This document shows, one piece after another, positions 35,358 to 45,227 of a stretch of 64,000 nucleotides of DNA. Both the position numbers and the translations under genes were made by a program. Every line of letters begins with the position of its first letter. Position 1 is the stretch's first letter. Source of the stretch: Minisyncoccota bacterium (GTDB lineage Bacteria > Patescibacteriota > Minisyncoccia > Phycocordibacterales > GWA1-40-21); NCBI GenBank assembly GCA_041659365.1, contig JBAZYH010000004.1, positions 164 to 64,163 on the forward strand. Direction: 5' to 3'. The notes under the pieces are model-generated. The model ran no database searches. It worked only from the letters and a program-made list of their open reading frames with translations, and was not told where the DNA came from.

Positions 35358-35693
35358 CAAACGTTAATAAAACCTGAACCGCTTCAGGTTTTTAGTTTGT
35401 GGGAAGCGCAGTGATATTTTGTTAGCAAACAAAATCACGAGCTGGGGTCACGAGTACTTACGTAGAATTTGAGCATAGCGAAAAATTATACTTAGTAACT
35501 CGTGTACACACCAAATAGAGATCCTTTAAAAAATGAGTGACGACGAACAAAAAACTCGTGACCGATCCCTGCACTTCTAAATTAAATCTTACAGAATAAG
35601 AGTCCTTGTCTTTACTATATTTCCCCTTGACCTTCCCTTACAAAAGTCTAATATTACTTATAGAGAAGTTCAAACTAAAGGAAAGGAATTCTT

Positions 35694-36209
35694 ATGGAAA
35701 AAGAAGAGGAAAAAACATTAAATATAGCGGTGGTTGTTTTTATCACCTTTGGTGATTTTGTCTTATTGGCTAAAAAAACGAAAAAAATAGGAAAAGGACT
35801 TTGGAGTGGCTATGGTGGTGGTATTGAAGAAGGGGAAACCCCAGAAGATACTGCTGTTAGAGAAACTTCTGAGGAAACTAAACGTGGTATCACAATAAGA
35901 AAAAAAAGTTTGACTAGAGTTGCTGATACATACTTTCATAATACAAAGGAAGATGGAAGTACTTTTGACCTTAATGTTATTGTTTTCTTGGCAGATAAAC
36001 ATGAAGGTACTCCAAATCCATCAGATGAAATGTCAGATCCCACTTGGTTTAATAAGAAAAACCTTCCCTTAGATAAAATGTTTCCGGCAGATAAATTTTG
36101 GGTTCCACAAGTATTGGCTGGTAAAAAATGTATAGTAAAAGCAAGCTACGGTCCACATCAAGCTTATATGATTGGTGAGCCGGAAATAGAATATGTAGAT
36201 TCATTTTAA
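35694..36209 (+). CDS. NUDIX hydrolase
   Basis: Nudix box GGGIEEGETPEDTAVRETSEETK. Confidence 0.75.
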   Translation: MEKEEEKTLNIAVVVFITFGDFVLLAKKTKKIGKGLWSGYGGGIEEGETPEDTAVRETSEETKRGITIRKKSLTRVADTYFHNTKEDGSTFDLNVIVFLADKHEGTPNPSDEMSDPTWFNKKNLPLDKMFPADKFWVPQVLAGKKCIVKASYGPHQAYMIGEPEIEYVDSF

Positions 36210-36232
36210 AAAGAGGGGAAAACCCCTCTTTT

Positions 36233-37165
36233 TTACTTTGTCTTTAACCACTTATAGATATCTTCTAGGGCTTTTATTGCATCTCCAACAGCAATGTTAT
36301 TTTGTTTGTATAATCCATCTGTACAATCACCAGCAGACCAAATACCTTCCTCAGAAGTTTTTTGTGTTTTAGGATCTACTATTATTTCTTCTTTATCATT
36401 TAATTTTACCAAACCATTTTTAATATATTCTACAGACGGATTTGCTCCAATCTCAACAAAAATTCCTTGTACTGGTAATTCTTTTTCTTCCCCAGTCACC
36501 TTATCTTTATAAATTATTCCTGATACAAATTTGTCTCCTTTAACTTCGAGTAGATCTATATTTGTTACTCCTTTAATCTTTGGATCGGAGAGGACTTTTT
36601 TGATCGTTATAGGGTCAGCTTTAAAATCACTTCTTTGTAATATTGCTACACTTTTTGCGTATGTTAAAAGTTGGGTTGCTGATTCAAAAGCACTATTTCC
36701 TCCACCTATGACAGCCACATCCATGTCTGCAAACATCGGGGCATCACAAGTCGCACAGTAAGTAATGCCTTTTCCTTCAAATTCTTCTGCACCCTTTATT
36801 TTTATTTTTCTTCGAACACTTCCAGAAGCAATCAAAATTGTTTTTGCAGTATATTTATTTTTGTTTGTTGTAATTGTAAAAGAACCGTCTTCATTTTTAA
36901 TTAAATCTAAGACAGTTTCTTTTTCTTTTATTTCAACAGTATCGCTAGAGTAAGCTTTAAGATGTTTTTCTAGATTTGAGGCTAGTTCTTCTCCTTTGAT
37001 AGAGACAGTCCCTATCCAGTTTTGTATATTTTCAGAAACTACACTTTGATTACGAAAATTTTCTGTTATAAAAACAGTTTTTATTTTTTTTCTGGCAGCA
37101 TAAACTCCTCCAGCTACTCCAGCTGGTCCACCACCGATGATACAGAGGTCAAAGATTGATTCCAT
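36233..37165 (-). CDS. trxB: Thioredoxin-disulfide reductase
   Basis: FAD site CIIGGGPAGVAGGVYAARK, redox-active CATCDAPMF, NAD(P)H site AVIGGGNSAFESA. Confidence 0.85.
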   Translation of the reverse strand: MESIFDLCIIGGGPAGVAGGVYAARKKIKTVFITENFRNQSVVSENIQNWIGTVSIKGEELASNLEKHLKAYSSDTVEIKEKETVLDLIKNEDGSFTITTNKNKYTAKTILIASGSVRRKIKIKGAEEFEGKGITYCATCDAPMFADMDVAVIGGGNSAFESATQLLTYAKSVAILQRSDFKADPITIKKVLSDPKIKGVTNIDLLEVKGDKFVSGIIYKDKVTGEEKELPVQGIFVEIGANPSVEYIKNGLVKLNDKEEIIVDPKTQKTSEEGIWSAGDCTDGLYKQNNIAVGDAIKALEDIYKWLKTK

Positions 37166-37189
37166 AAAATATTTTTAATTTTGATAAGA

Positions 37190-37250
37190 ATAATTAAACC
37201 TGGATTGCCACAGGTGATTACACCTTCGCAAAGACGCACAAAAAAATTGG
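37190..37250. repeat. B-type hairpin repeat unit between trxB and ftsZ
   Basis: aacctggattgccacaggtgattacaccttcgcaaagacgcacaaaaaaa. Confidence 0.8.
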
Positions 37251-37273
37251 CATTTACGATAATGAGTGAGTCT

Positions 37274-38467
37274 TTATTTCTTGTTACGTCTCAAGAAAGC
37301 TGGAACAGCACCCCAATCATCCTCATCTTCTATTTTGGAGTCACTTTTCAATTCGTTAATATTTATTGGTTCTGGCTTTGTTTCTTTTTCTTGTTCAGAA
37401 GATGAACTAAAAATACTAGTTTTCTTTTCTTCTTCAATCTTTGGTGATGCTCCTACCATTGATTGGAATAAGGTTTTCTTTGCTGGTGCATCTGTAAAAC
37501 CGGAGGCAATAACCGTTATTTTGATTTCTCCCTTTTTAAGTTTATCACTATATACTGTACCAAAAATAACTTTTGCATTTGGATCAATCGATTCTGTAAT
37601 AATTTTTGCTGCATCTTGTATTTCAAAAAGAGTTAGGTCGTCACCTCCTGCTATAGAAAAGAGAACTCCTTTTGCGCCATTTATTGAGACTTCAAGGAGG
37701 GGTGAGTTGATAGCCATTTTTGCTGCTTCTTCTGCTCTTTTTTCTCCTGATGCAAAACCAATACCCATAAGTGCTGAACCTGCATTTTCTATGACAGCTC
37801 TTATATCTGCGAAGTCTATATTTATGGTTCCTGGTGTCGTAATTAAGTCTGAGATACCCTCAACTGCTTGTTTTAATATATCATCACAAATTGCGAAAGC
37901 TGACTTTGCTGTTGTATCCTTTGTAACCATAGTCATAAGTCTGTCGTTTGGTACTACTATGATAGCGTCAACATTATTTCTAAGTTCATCTATAGCTTGA
38001 CTTGCTATTCTGTTTCTCTGTAAACCTTCAAACATAAAAGGTCTTGTAACTACAGCGATAGTAAGTATTCCAAGTTCTTTTGCAATTTTTGCTATGATAG
38101 GGGCAGCACCACTGTATGTTCCTCCACCAGCTCCACCAGCAACAAAAACCATATCAGCACCTTTTAGCGCTTCTTGTATTTCTTCTTTTGTTTCTTCCGC
38201 AGCTCTTTTACCGAGTTCAGGGTTCATTCCTGTACCGAGTCCTTTCGTAAGATTTTTTCCTATATGAATTTTTCTTGGTGATAGGGAATTGTGAAGATCT
38301 TGTGCGTCTGTATTTACTGCAATAAACTCAACACCTTTAACCTTTGAGTTAATCATGTGATTGAGTGCATTTTTTCCTGAACCTCCTGTTCCTATTACCT
38401 TTATTCTTGCAAAAGTTTCTACATCTGGTTTGATTTGTGGCATTTTTTTCTGATTGGCTTTCAGCAC
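37274..38467 (-). CDS. ftsZ: Cell division GTPase FtsZ
   Basis: IKVIGTGGSGKNALNHMI and GLGTGMNPELG (tubulin signature GGGTGTG-like), with a C-terminal acidic tail. Confidence 0.9.
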   Translation of the reverse strand: MLKANQKKMPQIKPDVETFARIKVIGTGGSGKNALNHMINSKVKGVEFIAVNTDAQDLHNSLSPRKIHIGKNLTKGLGTGMNPELGKRAAEETKEEIQEALKGADMVFVAGGAGGGTYSGAAPIIAKIAKELGILTIAVVTRPFMFEGLQRNRIASQAIDELRNNVDAIIVVPNDRLMTMVTKDTTAKSAFAICDDILKQAVEGISDLITTPGTINIDFADIRAVIENAGSALMGIGFASGEKRAEEAAKMAINSPLLEVSINGAKGVLFSIAGGDDLTLFEIQDAAKIITESIDPNAKVIFGTVYSDKLKKGEIKITVIASGFTDAPAKKTLFQSMVGASPKIEEEKKTSIFSSSSEQEKETKPEPININELKSDSKIEDEDDWGAVPAFLRRNKK

Positions 38468-38729
38468 AAGTTATTTTTTCTACTGGAAAAATCCATTAGA
38501 TGCAACAACTTTTTGCATTGAGCAAAAATTAATAACTAATCCCGTTTAAAGTCCATGCAAACTTTTTTACGGGTACTAATAAAAACGAACTTATTTCTTT
38601 CTTAGCCTCAATAATAACAGAATATTCAAAAAAAAGAAAACAGTTGTCACTAGGCACTTTTTGTGCTCAAAAAGTGCCTAAATAAGTGGAAAGTTTGTAA
38701 AGTTTATAAAGTAAAAAGTAATGAAAAAT

Positions 38730-38780
38730 ACTGGATTCCCCCTCTTAAGGCGGGCAGGCTGTCTGCACGGGAATGACAAT
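38730..38780. repeat. A-type hairpin repeat unit
   Basis: ctggattccccctcttaaggcgggcaggctgtctgcacgggaatgacaatacaaaaac. Confidence 0.75.
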
Positions 38781-38832
38781 ACAAAAACATAAAAAAAGGA
38801 TCCCCGTGGTGAGGACCCTTGTTTGAAAGTGT

Positions 38833-39057
38833 TTATTTCTTCCTTAAAATTGCTATGATGCCAATCAGGATGAAGAAACACTCTAATACGATTACTGGCC
38901 ATGCTTTTGCGGGCAGGAGACTGATGGCGATTGCTGCGGCTGCAATAATCTGAACCAGATTATACAACCTGCCTGTTGCCTCAATCTTCTTGTTAACGAC
39001 CAACGCGTAGTTGACCAGAAACATTACCATGCCAACCCAACCGATGATAGTGAACAT
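38833..39057 (-). CDS. Small two-TM membrane protein (about 75 aa)
   Basis: MFTIIGWVGMVMFLVNYALVV...IIAAAAIAISLLPAKAWPVIVLECFFILIGIIAIL. Higher GC than the flanks. Confidence 0.4.
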   Translation of the reverse strand: MFTIIGWVGMVMFLVNYALVVNKKIEATGRLYNLVQIIAAAAIAISLLPAKAWPVIVLECFFILIGIIAILRKK

Positions 39058-39264
39058 GTGAAGCTCCTTTTGTTGAAAAAATCGAAGTTGCTTATCCTTA
39101 TAAAGTATAGCACATATGATTATAAAAGTCAAGTATTTTGTATTTTCTTTATTTAATTAACAAGATAGGCTTATAAAATAAGGATATATTTAGATAGAAT
39201 ATTGAATGTTGAATGTAGAAGAATAAAAAACAGATATGGACCCCATTCCTCAATAGTATAATAG

Positions 39265-39315
39265 AAAATTCTGGATTCCCGTCTGCACGGGAATGACACA
39301 ATACATAGTTGCATT
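39265..39315. repeat. A-type hairpin repeat unit
   Basis: ctggattcccgtctgcacgggaatgacacaatacatagttgcatt. Confidence 0.75.
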
Positions 39316-39365
39316 ATTTTCAGGGGGGGGGTAAAATTATGGTATTAGTAAAGTAATTATATTTT

Positions 39366-39737
39366 ATGGAAAAAATACCACAAAATCAAACAGATGTTCC
39401 AGTGGCTGAAACAAAAGCTGAAGAACAGAAATTAGAATGGGGACCAGAACTTGGTAGAATGTCTTGGTACGACGCTGAAAATAAGATTGCAGAATTAAAT
39501 GCAGGTTTATTAGAAGGAGAAAAGCCATGGCGATTACCGACAAAAGATGAATTAGTTGCTGAGTTTAACAAAGCAGGTAAAACCCCTATCGATTTCCAAG
39601 ACGACTACTATTGGTCTGGTACCGCACTTACATATGATTTGGAAGATAGCGACCATTTTCATATAGTCAGTATGGACAAGGCCTATGTGTACCACGACGA
39701 AAAGGGTGTCGAATACTATATTCGTTTGGTTCGTTAG
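39366..39737 (+). CDS. DUF1566-like (Lcl C-terminal domain-like) protein in a GC-richer segment
   Basis: WRLPTKDELVAEF and YWSGT motifs are typical of DUF1566. Flanked by hairpin repeats on both sides. Confidence 0.45.
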   Translation: MEKIPQNQTDVPVAETKAEEQKLEWGPELGRMSWYDAENKIAELNAGLLEGEKPWRLPTKDELVAEFNKAGKTPIDFQDDYYWSGTALTYDLEDSDHFHIVSMDKAYVYHDEKGVEYYIRLVR

Positions 39738-39839
39738 TATTTATCTTTTATTGTATTCACACTAGCGAGAGAAGCTGAACATTTTGAATTCACCAAGGTC
39801 CCACCTTGTCAAAAAATAGCCTTGCGGGAGCAGGGTTAT

Positions 39840-39900
39840 TTTTGTGTATAAATACAAACCTGGATTGCCACGCTTCGCTCGCAATGACAATACAAAAAAG
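39840..39900. repeat. B-type hairpin repeat unit
   Basis: aacctggattgccacgcttcgctcgcaatgacaatacaaaaaag. Confidence 0.75.
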
Positions 39901-39952
39901 TAAGAAGATTTTACTTTATGAACTTTACAAACTTTATGAACTTTCTACTTAA

Positions 39953-41179
39953 CTAGGGGAGAAACTGCTGACACCACCCACTAACTCCTTTGTAAAGATT
40001 TTTGACAGAGATACCTAAACCAAAAGATGTGTTGGGTAATGAATTGTCTTTATTTTTTAGTCCAAACATTGATAGACCATATGCAACTGACCAAGTGGAA
40101 TCTTTTAACTCACTATTTTTAATGTTACTTATTAGATTAATAGATGCAATTTTTGATGGGAGTTTAAGTGAAGCTCTAGCGATATCTTCTATTGTTTCTA
40201 TTCCAGAACCACCACCAGTAAGAATAATACCAGCTGGCAAAAGGCCACTTCTTCCAATCTTTTTTAGATGAGACTCTATCAAATCAAAAATATCAGAAAG
40301 TCTTGCTAATATAATTTCATCAAGTTTCTTTTTAGGATACTGCATTTCACTGGCTGTTCCGATTTTGATATTTTCGGCTTCATTTATTGGGATTCTAAAA
40401 CCAAGAGCAATGTCATTTGTTATGTCGTTGCTTCCTATAGGGAATACCTCAAGTGATATTGGTATGTTGTTTTCAAATACAACTAGAGATACTGTTTCTG
40501 ATCCAATATTTGCAAGTACACAGCCAGCTATTTTTTGGGTCTTTGTAAGATTCACTATACTAGCCGCTATAGGCGAGGCAATTACATCGATTACATCTAT
40601 ACCAGCTTCTTCTACTGCTTTAACTAAGTCATTTAGATGTTGTTCAAGACAAACAATAAATAATACTCTCGCTTCGAGTTTTGTTCCGTGCATTCCAGCT
40701 GGTCTTCCCATGAGTAGCTGGCCATCAATCTTGTAGGCTATTGGAATAGAATAAACAATTTTTTTGTTTATTAATATATTTTGAGGGAGCTCACTTTCTA
40801 CTACAGCAAGTACATTTCTAACATCGAGGTCTGTAATTTCAGAATCTGCTTTTGATATCATTACTGAACCCTTACCTATAACTGAACTTAGGCTGATACC
40901 TCCTATAGATATATAGGCTTTCTTGATTTTGATTTTTGACTCTCTTTCTGCTTGTTTAACGGCGGTATTAATACATTTTGTAACATCATCCATATTAATG
41001 ATGTATCCATGCCTTAAACCTTTTGATTCTGCATATCCAGTACCTATTATGTTTGAAGAATATGAGTTGTCTTCTTGTTTGATACTTTCAGTAACAACCA
41101 CTTTTATTTGGTATGTTCCTATATCTATTCCTACTGAAATTTTTCTTGACATAATATTATTAGTAAAAACTTTTACCAT
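39953..41179 (-). CDS. ftsA: Cell division protein FtsA (actin-like ATPase)
   Basis: ISVGIDIGTYQIKVVV (phosphate-1) and LTGGGSGIETIEDIA (adenosine motif). Confidence 0.8.
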   Translation of the reverse strand: MVKVFTNNIMSRKISVGIDIGTYQIKVVVTESIKQEDNSYSSNIIGTGYAESKGLRHGYIINMDDVTKCINTAVKQAERESKIKIKKAYISIGGISLSSVIGKGSVMISKADSEITDLDVRNVLAVVESELPQNILINKKIVYSIPIAYKIDGQLLMGRPAGMHGTKLEARVLFIVCLEQHLNDLVKAVEEAGIDVIDVIASPIAASIVNLTKTQKIAGCVLANIGSETVSLVVFENNIPISLEVFPIGSNDITNDIALGFRIPINEAENIKIGTASEMQYPKKKLDEIILARLSDIFDLIESHLKKIGRSGLLPAGIILTGGGSGIETIEDIARASLKLPSKIASINLISNIKNSELKDSTWSVAYGLSMFGLKNKDNSLPNTSFGLGISVKNLYKGVSGWCQQFLP

Positions 41180-41290
41180 TTAATTATATCAAAGACATTT
41201 TTTAATAGCGAGAGAAAATTATAAAAAACTGTTTATTACTTATTTTAATTAAGTTTTTAGGTTATAGGTTTTAGGTTCAAGAAAAAAACT

Positions 41291-41432
41291 GGATTGCTTC
41301 GCTTTGCTCGCAAAGACAATAAAAAACACGAAAGAGTTTTATAAAACTCTTTCGTGTGTCTTTGCGAGCAAAGCGAAGCAATCCAGGGTTGTATTTAATG
41401 AATCATGGATTCCGGTCTTCACCAGAACAACA
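41291..41432. repeat. Perfect 100-bp palindrome built from two inverted B-type units around a central hairpin, plus an A-like unit
   Basis: ctggattgcttcgctttgctcgcaaagacaataaaaaacacgaaagagttttataaaactctttcgtgtgtctttgcgagcaaagcgaagcaatccag. Confidence 0.85.
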
Positions 41433-41441
41433 CAAGAAAAA

Positions 41442-41834
41442 CTAAATCTTAAAAAATTTTCTATATTTAATTTCTTCTTTTTCCATTTCTTCACCATGGT
41501 CGTATCCCTTGAGGTGAACTAATCCGTGTATAAATAAGAATGGTAGGAAATTAATATATGTCCTTTCAAATTTCGGAGCCTTCTTTTTTGCAATTTCTTG
41601 GCAAATAAATATTTCACCGACTTCTTTTTCTATAGGAAAACTCAAAATATCAGTAGGGGAATCTACTTTTCTGTATGTTTTGTTTAGAGAATGAATTTTT
41701 TTCTTTCCAATAAAAGTAAGGTTTAATTCATACTTCTTTCCTAATATCTTTTCTTTGAACTCGACAAAAGGCAAGCTTGGAAGCTTGCCTTTTGTTTTAT
41801 TAATTATTGAAAATTTTTCAGAACTCCCTGACAT
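41442..41834 (-). CDS. ybeY: rRNA maturation endoribonuclease YbeY
   Basis: HGLVHLKGYDH metal-binding motif (HxxxHxxxxxH). Confidence 0.8.
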   Translation of the reverse strand: MSGSSEKFSIINKTKGKLPSLPFVEFKEKILGKKYELNLTFIGKKKIHSLNKTYRKVDSPTDILSFPIEKEVGEIFICQEIAKKKAPKFERTYINFLPFLFIHGLVHLKGYDHGEEMEKEEIKYRKFFKI

Positions 41835-42082
41835 TATTTTCTTTTTTGTTGATTCTCTCTTTCTACCATCTTTCCCATCTTTATAAGATTTTCTACTTCG
41901 GCTTTTTTACCAAGTGCAGATAGTTTGTTTATCTTTGTTTTATATGGAGAAAGTTTTCTACCAGAGTATCTTATAGATCTTACTCTTGGAAGTATTCCTG
42001 AACCCTGAACCTTTTTGGTAAAGCGTCTAAGTATACTTGCGTTACTTTCATTACTATTTTTTTCTACCTCAATATTTATCAT
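41834..42082 (-). CDS. rpsU: 30S ribosomal protein S21
   Basis: ASILRRFTKKVQGSGILPRVRSIRYSGRK and a basic C-terminus. Confidence 0.7.
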   Translation of the reverse strand: MINIEVEKNSNESNASILRRFTKKVQGSGILPRVRSIRYSGRKLSPYKTKINKLSALGKKAEVENLIKMGKMVERENQQKRK

Positions 42083-42129
42083 ATGTGTTTAGGATATTAA
42101 CATTTTTAAATTGAAAAAGCAACAGTCTT

Positions 42130-43338
42130 TTATTCAGATAATTTTTTGATATATTCTGCTAAATCTTTTATTGGTATTGTTTTCTGTGTCCTAGTTGAAT
42201 TTTCTCTTACCATTACTGAATTTTCTAATGACTCTTTTTTACCCATTATTATTACATAAGGTACTTTTGTCTTTTCAACTAATGCAAACTGACTTCCAAA
42301 CTTATCTCTACCAAGCATGTGGTGTACAAAAACTTTTTCTTTTTTTAGTGTTTCTATAACATCAAGGCTTTTGTGTTTTGCCTCATCACCAAGCTGTATG
42401 TAAAAGGCGATTGGTTTTGTAATTTTTGATATTTTTTTAATTGTTGCCTTTTTCTTTAAAAATATTTTTATTCCTGCACATGGTATGTCTTTTTTGTTTC
42501 CTATTTTTTGTGCAAAACCATCATTTCTAAAACCAACAGCAAGTATTTCTTCATTTGATGCATCTTTTATTTTATATATGGTACCAAAACAGTATTTTTT
42601 ATCTGGGACGAGACAGTTGTTTATTTTATAAGGAATTTCCATTGTCTCTATATATTCTAAAATTTCTTTGAAATGTAATCTGCTTTCATCAGATAAACAA
42701 CTTATGGATGTCGGTGACGCGTCCTTTATCTTGGCACAATCACATTCTTCACATGACAAAACATAAAAAGGATCTTTTTTAAAATTCTGTCTACAATGTG
42801 CTGGTAGTGAGTTTAGATTTTTTTTAAAATAATTTACTAATTCTTTTGAAAATTTATTTACTGATTCTTTGTCACCAATAGTATTGATTTCTATTGAGAA
42901 ATCTTTGTAGCCATTGTCTTTAAGTATAGATAAAGTTGTTTTGATAAGAAGTGCTTCGGCTATACTCTTTTCTGTACCCATCACTTCAAGGTTTATAGTG
43001 TCTTTTGCACGCTCTTTAATATTTGTACTTTCATGCATAAGCATTATTGGTTGTGACTGAGAAGACATTTCATTTTCAATGTACCATCTTATTAGAGAAG
43101 CTCTTTCTTCTGCAAAAGTTTGTGAGAATATCCAAGACAAATCATTGTTTTTTGAAAAGCTGTCTTTTAGGGGTGATACTTTGTTTATGTCCTCTTTGGA
43201 TATTTGAAGATTTTTTATTGGTGTAAAACCGTAGTAGATTACAGCTTCTGAGTTTTTATTTATAGGAAGAAACTCGATAAACTTTGATGAGTCTTTTTCT
43301 TTTTTGAGTTTTTTTTCTGCTTTTTTATCTTTTTTCAT
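42130..43338 (-). CDS. HisRS-like class II aminoacyl-tRNA synthetase paralog (HisZ-like; catalytic motifs unclear)
   Basis: C-terminal class II anticodon-binding domain (VPYVIIMGKKESLENSVMVRENSTRTQKTIPIKDL). The N-terminal core is divergent with Cys-rich insertions. Confidence 0.4.
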   Translation of the reverse strand: MKKDKKAEKKLKKEKDSSKFIEFLPINKNSEAVIYYGFTPIKNLQISKEDINKVSPLKDSFSKNNDLSWIFSQTFAEERASLIRWYIENEMSSQSQPIMLMHESTNIKERAKDTINLEVMGTEKSIAEALLIKTTLSILKDNGYKDFSIEINTIGDKESVNKFSKELVNYFKKNLNSLPAHCRQNFKKDPFYVLSCEECDCAKIKDASPTSISCLSDESRLHFKEILEYIETMEIPYKINNCLVPDKKYCFGTIYKIKDASNEEILAVGFRNDGFAQKIGNKKDIPCAGIKIFLKKKATIKKISKITKPIAFYIQLGDEAKHKSLDVIETLKKEKVFVHHMLGRDKFGSQFALVEKTKVPYVIIMGKKESLENSVMVRENSTRTQKTIPIKDLAEYIKKLSE

Positions 43339-43396
43339 TTGATCTTGTAAGATTATTTGGAACGCGACATAAACTAAATTAATTTCTTTATTTTTA

Positions 43397-44005
43397 TTAA
43401 TAATTATTGTGTTCTCCTGGTAGTATTGAAATATTTGTTAAGGGAAAAAGTCTGACGAGAGCTCTTCCTTTTATATTTTCTTCTGGAAGGGTGCCCCAAA
43501 ATCTTGAGTCTGAACTATTGTGTCTGTTGTCTCCCATAACAAAGTATTCGTTTGCCCCCAATTCATTTTTTTGATTAATTTCTGAAAAGATCTCTGAGTT
43601 TGGTGATAATTTATCTATATATGCATATGGCTCGTCTAGTAGCATCCCTTCGGGATTTTTGTCATTATAAATCTTTACCGTGTCTCCAACTATCTCGACA
43701 GTTTCTCCAGGTAAACCTATTATTCTCTTGATAAAATAAACTGTCTTGTTTGTATCGTAATGTGATGTTTCTAGCCCTCTAGGTGGAACTTTAAATACGA
43801 TTACATCTCCTCTTTGTGGTATATCAAATCTGTAAGATACCTCGTCTACTATTAGGTAGTTTCCATCACTAAAAGTTTGACTCATTGATTCTCCAGATAC
43901 GACAAAAGGCTGTGCTATAAAAACCCTAATAGGAATAACTATTGCGAGAGAAAGGGCAACTACGCTCACTATCTCTTGAAAAGACTTTTTTATTGATGAT
44001 TGCAT
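43397..44005 (-). CDS. lepB: Signal peptidase I
   Basis: SGESMSQTF (catalytic Ser), GDNRHNSSDSRFWG box E. Confidence 0.85.
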   Translation of the reverse strand: MQSSIKKSFQEIVSVVALSLAIVIPIRVFIAQPFVVSGESMSQTFSDGNYLIVDEVSYRFDIPQRGDVIVFKVPPRGLETSHYDTNKTVYFIKRIIGLPGETVEIVGDTVKIYNDKNPEGMLLDEPYAYIDKLSPNSEIFSEINQKNELGANEYFVMGDNRHNSSDSRFWGTLPEENIKGRALVRLFPLTNISILPGEHNNY

Positions 44006-44114
44006 TTGAATGTTATTCTATTACTAAAAACCGTTTGACACAAGCTATTTTTATATTTTATAATTTTATGGTCTATTTTACACTTTTATCTTTTTACCTT
44101 AATATATACCTTAT

Positions 44115-44741
44115 ATGAACTATATAATTGTTGGTCTTGGTAACCCAGGACAAGAATATGAAGATACAAGGCATAATACTGGCTGGATGGCGGTAGATGC
44201 TCTAGTCAAAAGAATTTCCGCCAAAGGCGGATCCGCCTCTGGCGGAGGTGCGGAAGAATGGAAAGAAGATAAGAAAATTAAATCTGAAACGGCAAAAGCA
44301 AAAATAGGTAAAAATACTGCTTTACTTATAAAACCAAAAACTTTTATGAATAAGTCGGGCGATGCTGTAAGAAGTTTGGTAAAAACAAAAAAAGTGGCAG
44401 AGACTTTGGTAGTTGTTCATGATGATATGGATATACCTTTTGGTAAGATTAAATTATCTTTTAATAAAAGTTCTGGTGGGCACAGGGGAGTCGAGTCTAT
44501 TATAAAAGCTGTAAAGACGGAAGGTTTTATAAGGATGAGAGTTGGTATCTGTCCGACTACCGCGAGTGGTAAATTAAAAAAGCCACAAGGAGAAGAGGCT
44601 GTGATAAAACTTATTCTTGATAAAATTAAAGCAAAGGATTTGGATGATTGGAAGAAAATAATGAAAAGAGCAGGTGAGGGGCTTGAACTTATAGTTAGTG
44701 AGGGGAAGGATAAGGCGATGGGTTATATAAATAGTTTATAA
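44115..44741 (+). CDS. pth: Peptidyl-tRNA hydrolase with a Gly/Lys-rich insertion
   Basis: MNYIIVGLGNPGQEYEDTRHNTGWMAVDAL. The catalytic His is in the RHN motif. Confidence 0.85.
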   Translation: MNYIIVGLGNPGQEYEDTRHNTGWMAVDALVKRISAKGGSASGGGAEEWKEDKKIKSETAKAKIGKNTALLIKPKTFMNKSGDAVRSLVKTKKVAETLVVVHDDMDIPFGKIKLSFNKSSGGHRGVESIIKAVKTEGFIRMRVGICPTTASGKLKKPQGEEAVIKLILDKIKAKDLDDWKKIMKRAGEGLELIVSEGKDKAMGYINSL

Positions 44742-44859
44742 AGTTAAAAGTTCATAAAGTTCATAAAGTAAATAGAAAAGGGGTTTTCGCTTTGCGAAAA
44801 CCCCCTTTTGTATTTAATAAAACTAAGGTGAGGCCTTGAATCTTTAAAAAGGCGTCTCC

Positions 44860-45065
44860 TTAGTTTTATGTATTGTCATTCCCTTGAAGAAGGGAATCCA
44901 TTGCGCGTCATTGCGAGGTACGAAGCAATCCAGGTTTAATTAATTAGTCTCGTTTTTCAAAAAAAATAACACACAATTTTAACCTGGATTGCGACGTCAG
45001 AGTACTTCCTCGCAAAGACATACAAAAAAATGGATTCCTGCCTACGTGGGAATGATAAATCTAAT
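44860..45065. repeat. Composite hairpin-repeat element with terminal inverted repeats (inverted A, inverted B, spacer, B, A)
   Basis: tattgtcattccc... ...gggaatgataaat termini. Internal gtcattgcgaggtacgaagcaatccagg and cctggattgcgacgtcagagtacttcctcgcaaagaca. Confidence 0.8.
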
Positions 45066-45227
45066 ACATTGACAAATTACAATACAGCGTGTATAATTAT
45101 ATATAATATAGTTCTTTAATAAAAACAGTTAGTCATAGCCAAAAGTCTTTAGAATATTGAGGTCTCTTGGCTATGACTACTACTGTTGTAGATCAAGCAA
45201 AACACAAAAAAGAAAGGATGATGACAA

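Noticed and set aside
37266-38000. A 244-aa ORF on the plus strand (and similar ORFs at 4145-4519, 5140-5445, 9771-10115, 36294-36953, 40002-40736 and 46504-46968).
   Set aside because: These are antisense shadow ORFs inside well-supported genes (ftsZ, valS, tsaD, trxB, ftsA, rpsA).
38678-38902. A 74-aa ORF on the minus strand.
   Set aside because: It spans an A-type hairpin repeat. The credible small membrane gene is the internal-start 38833-39057 ORF.
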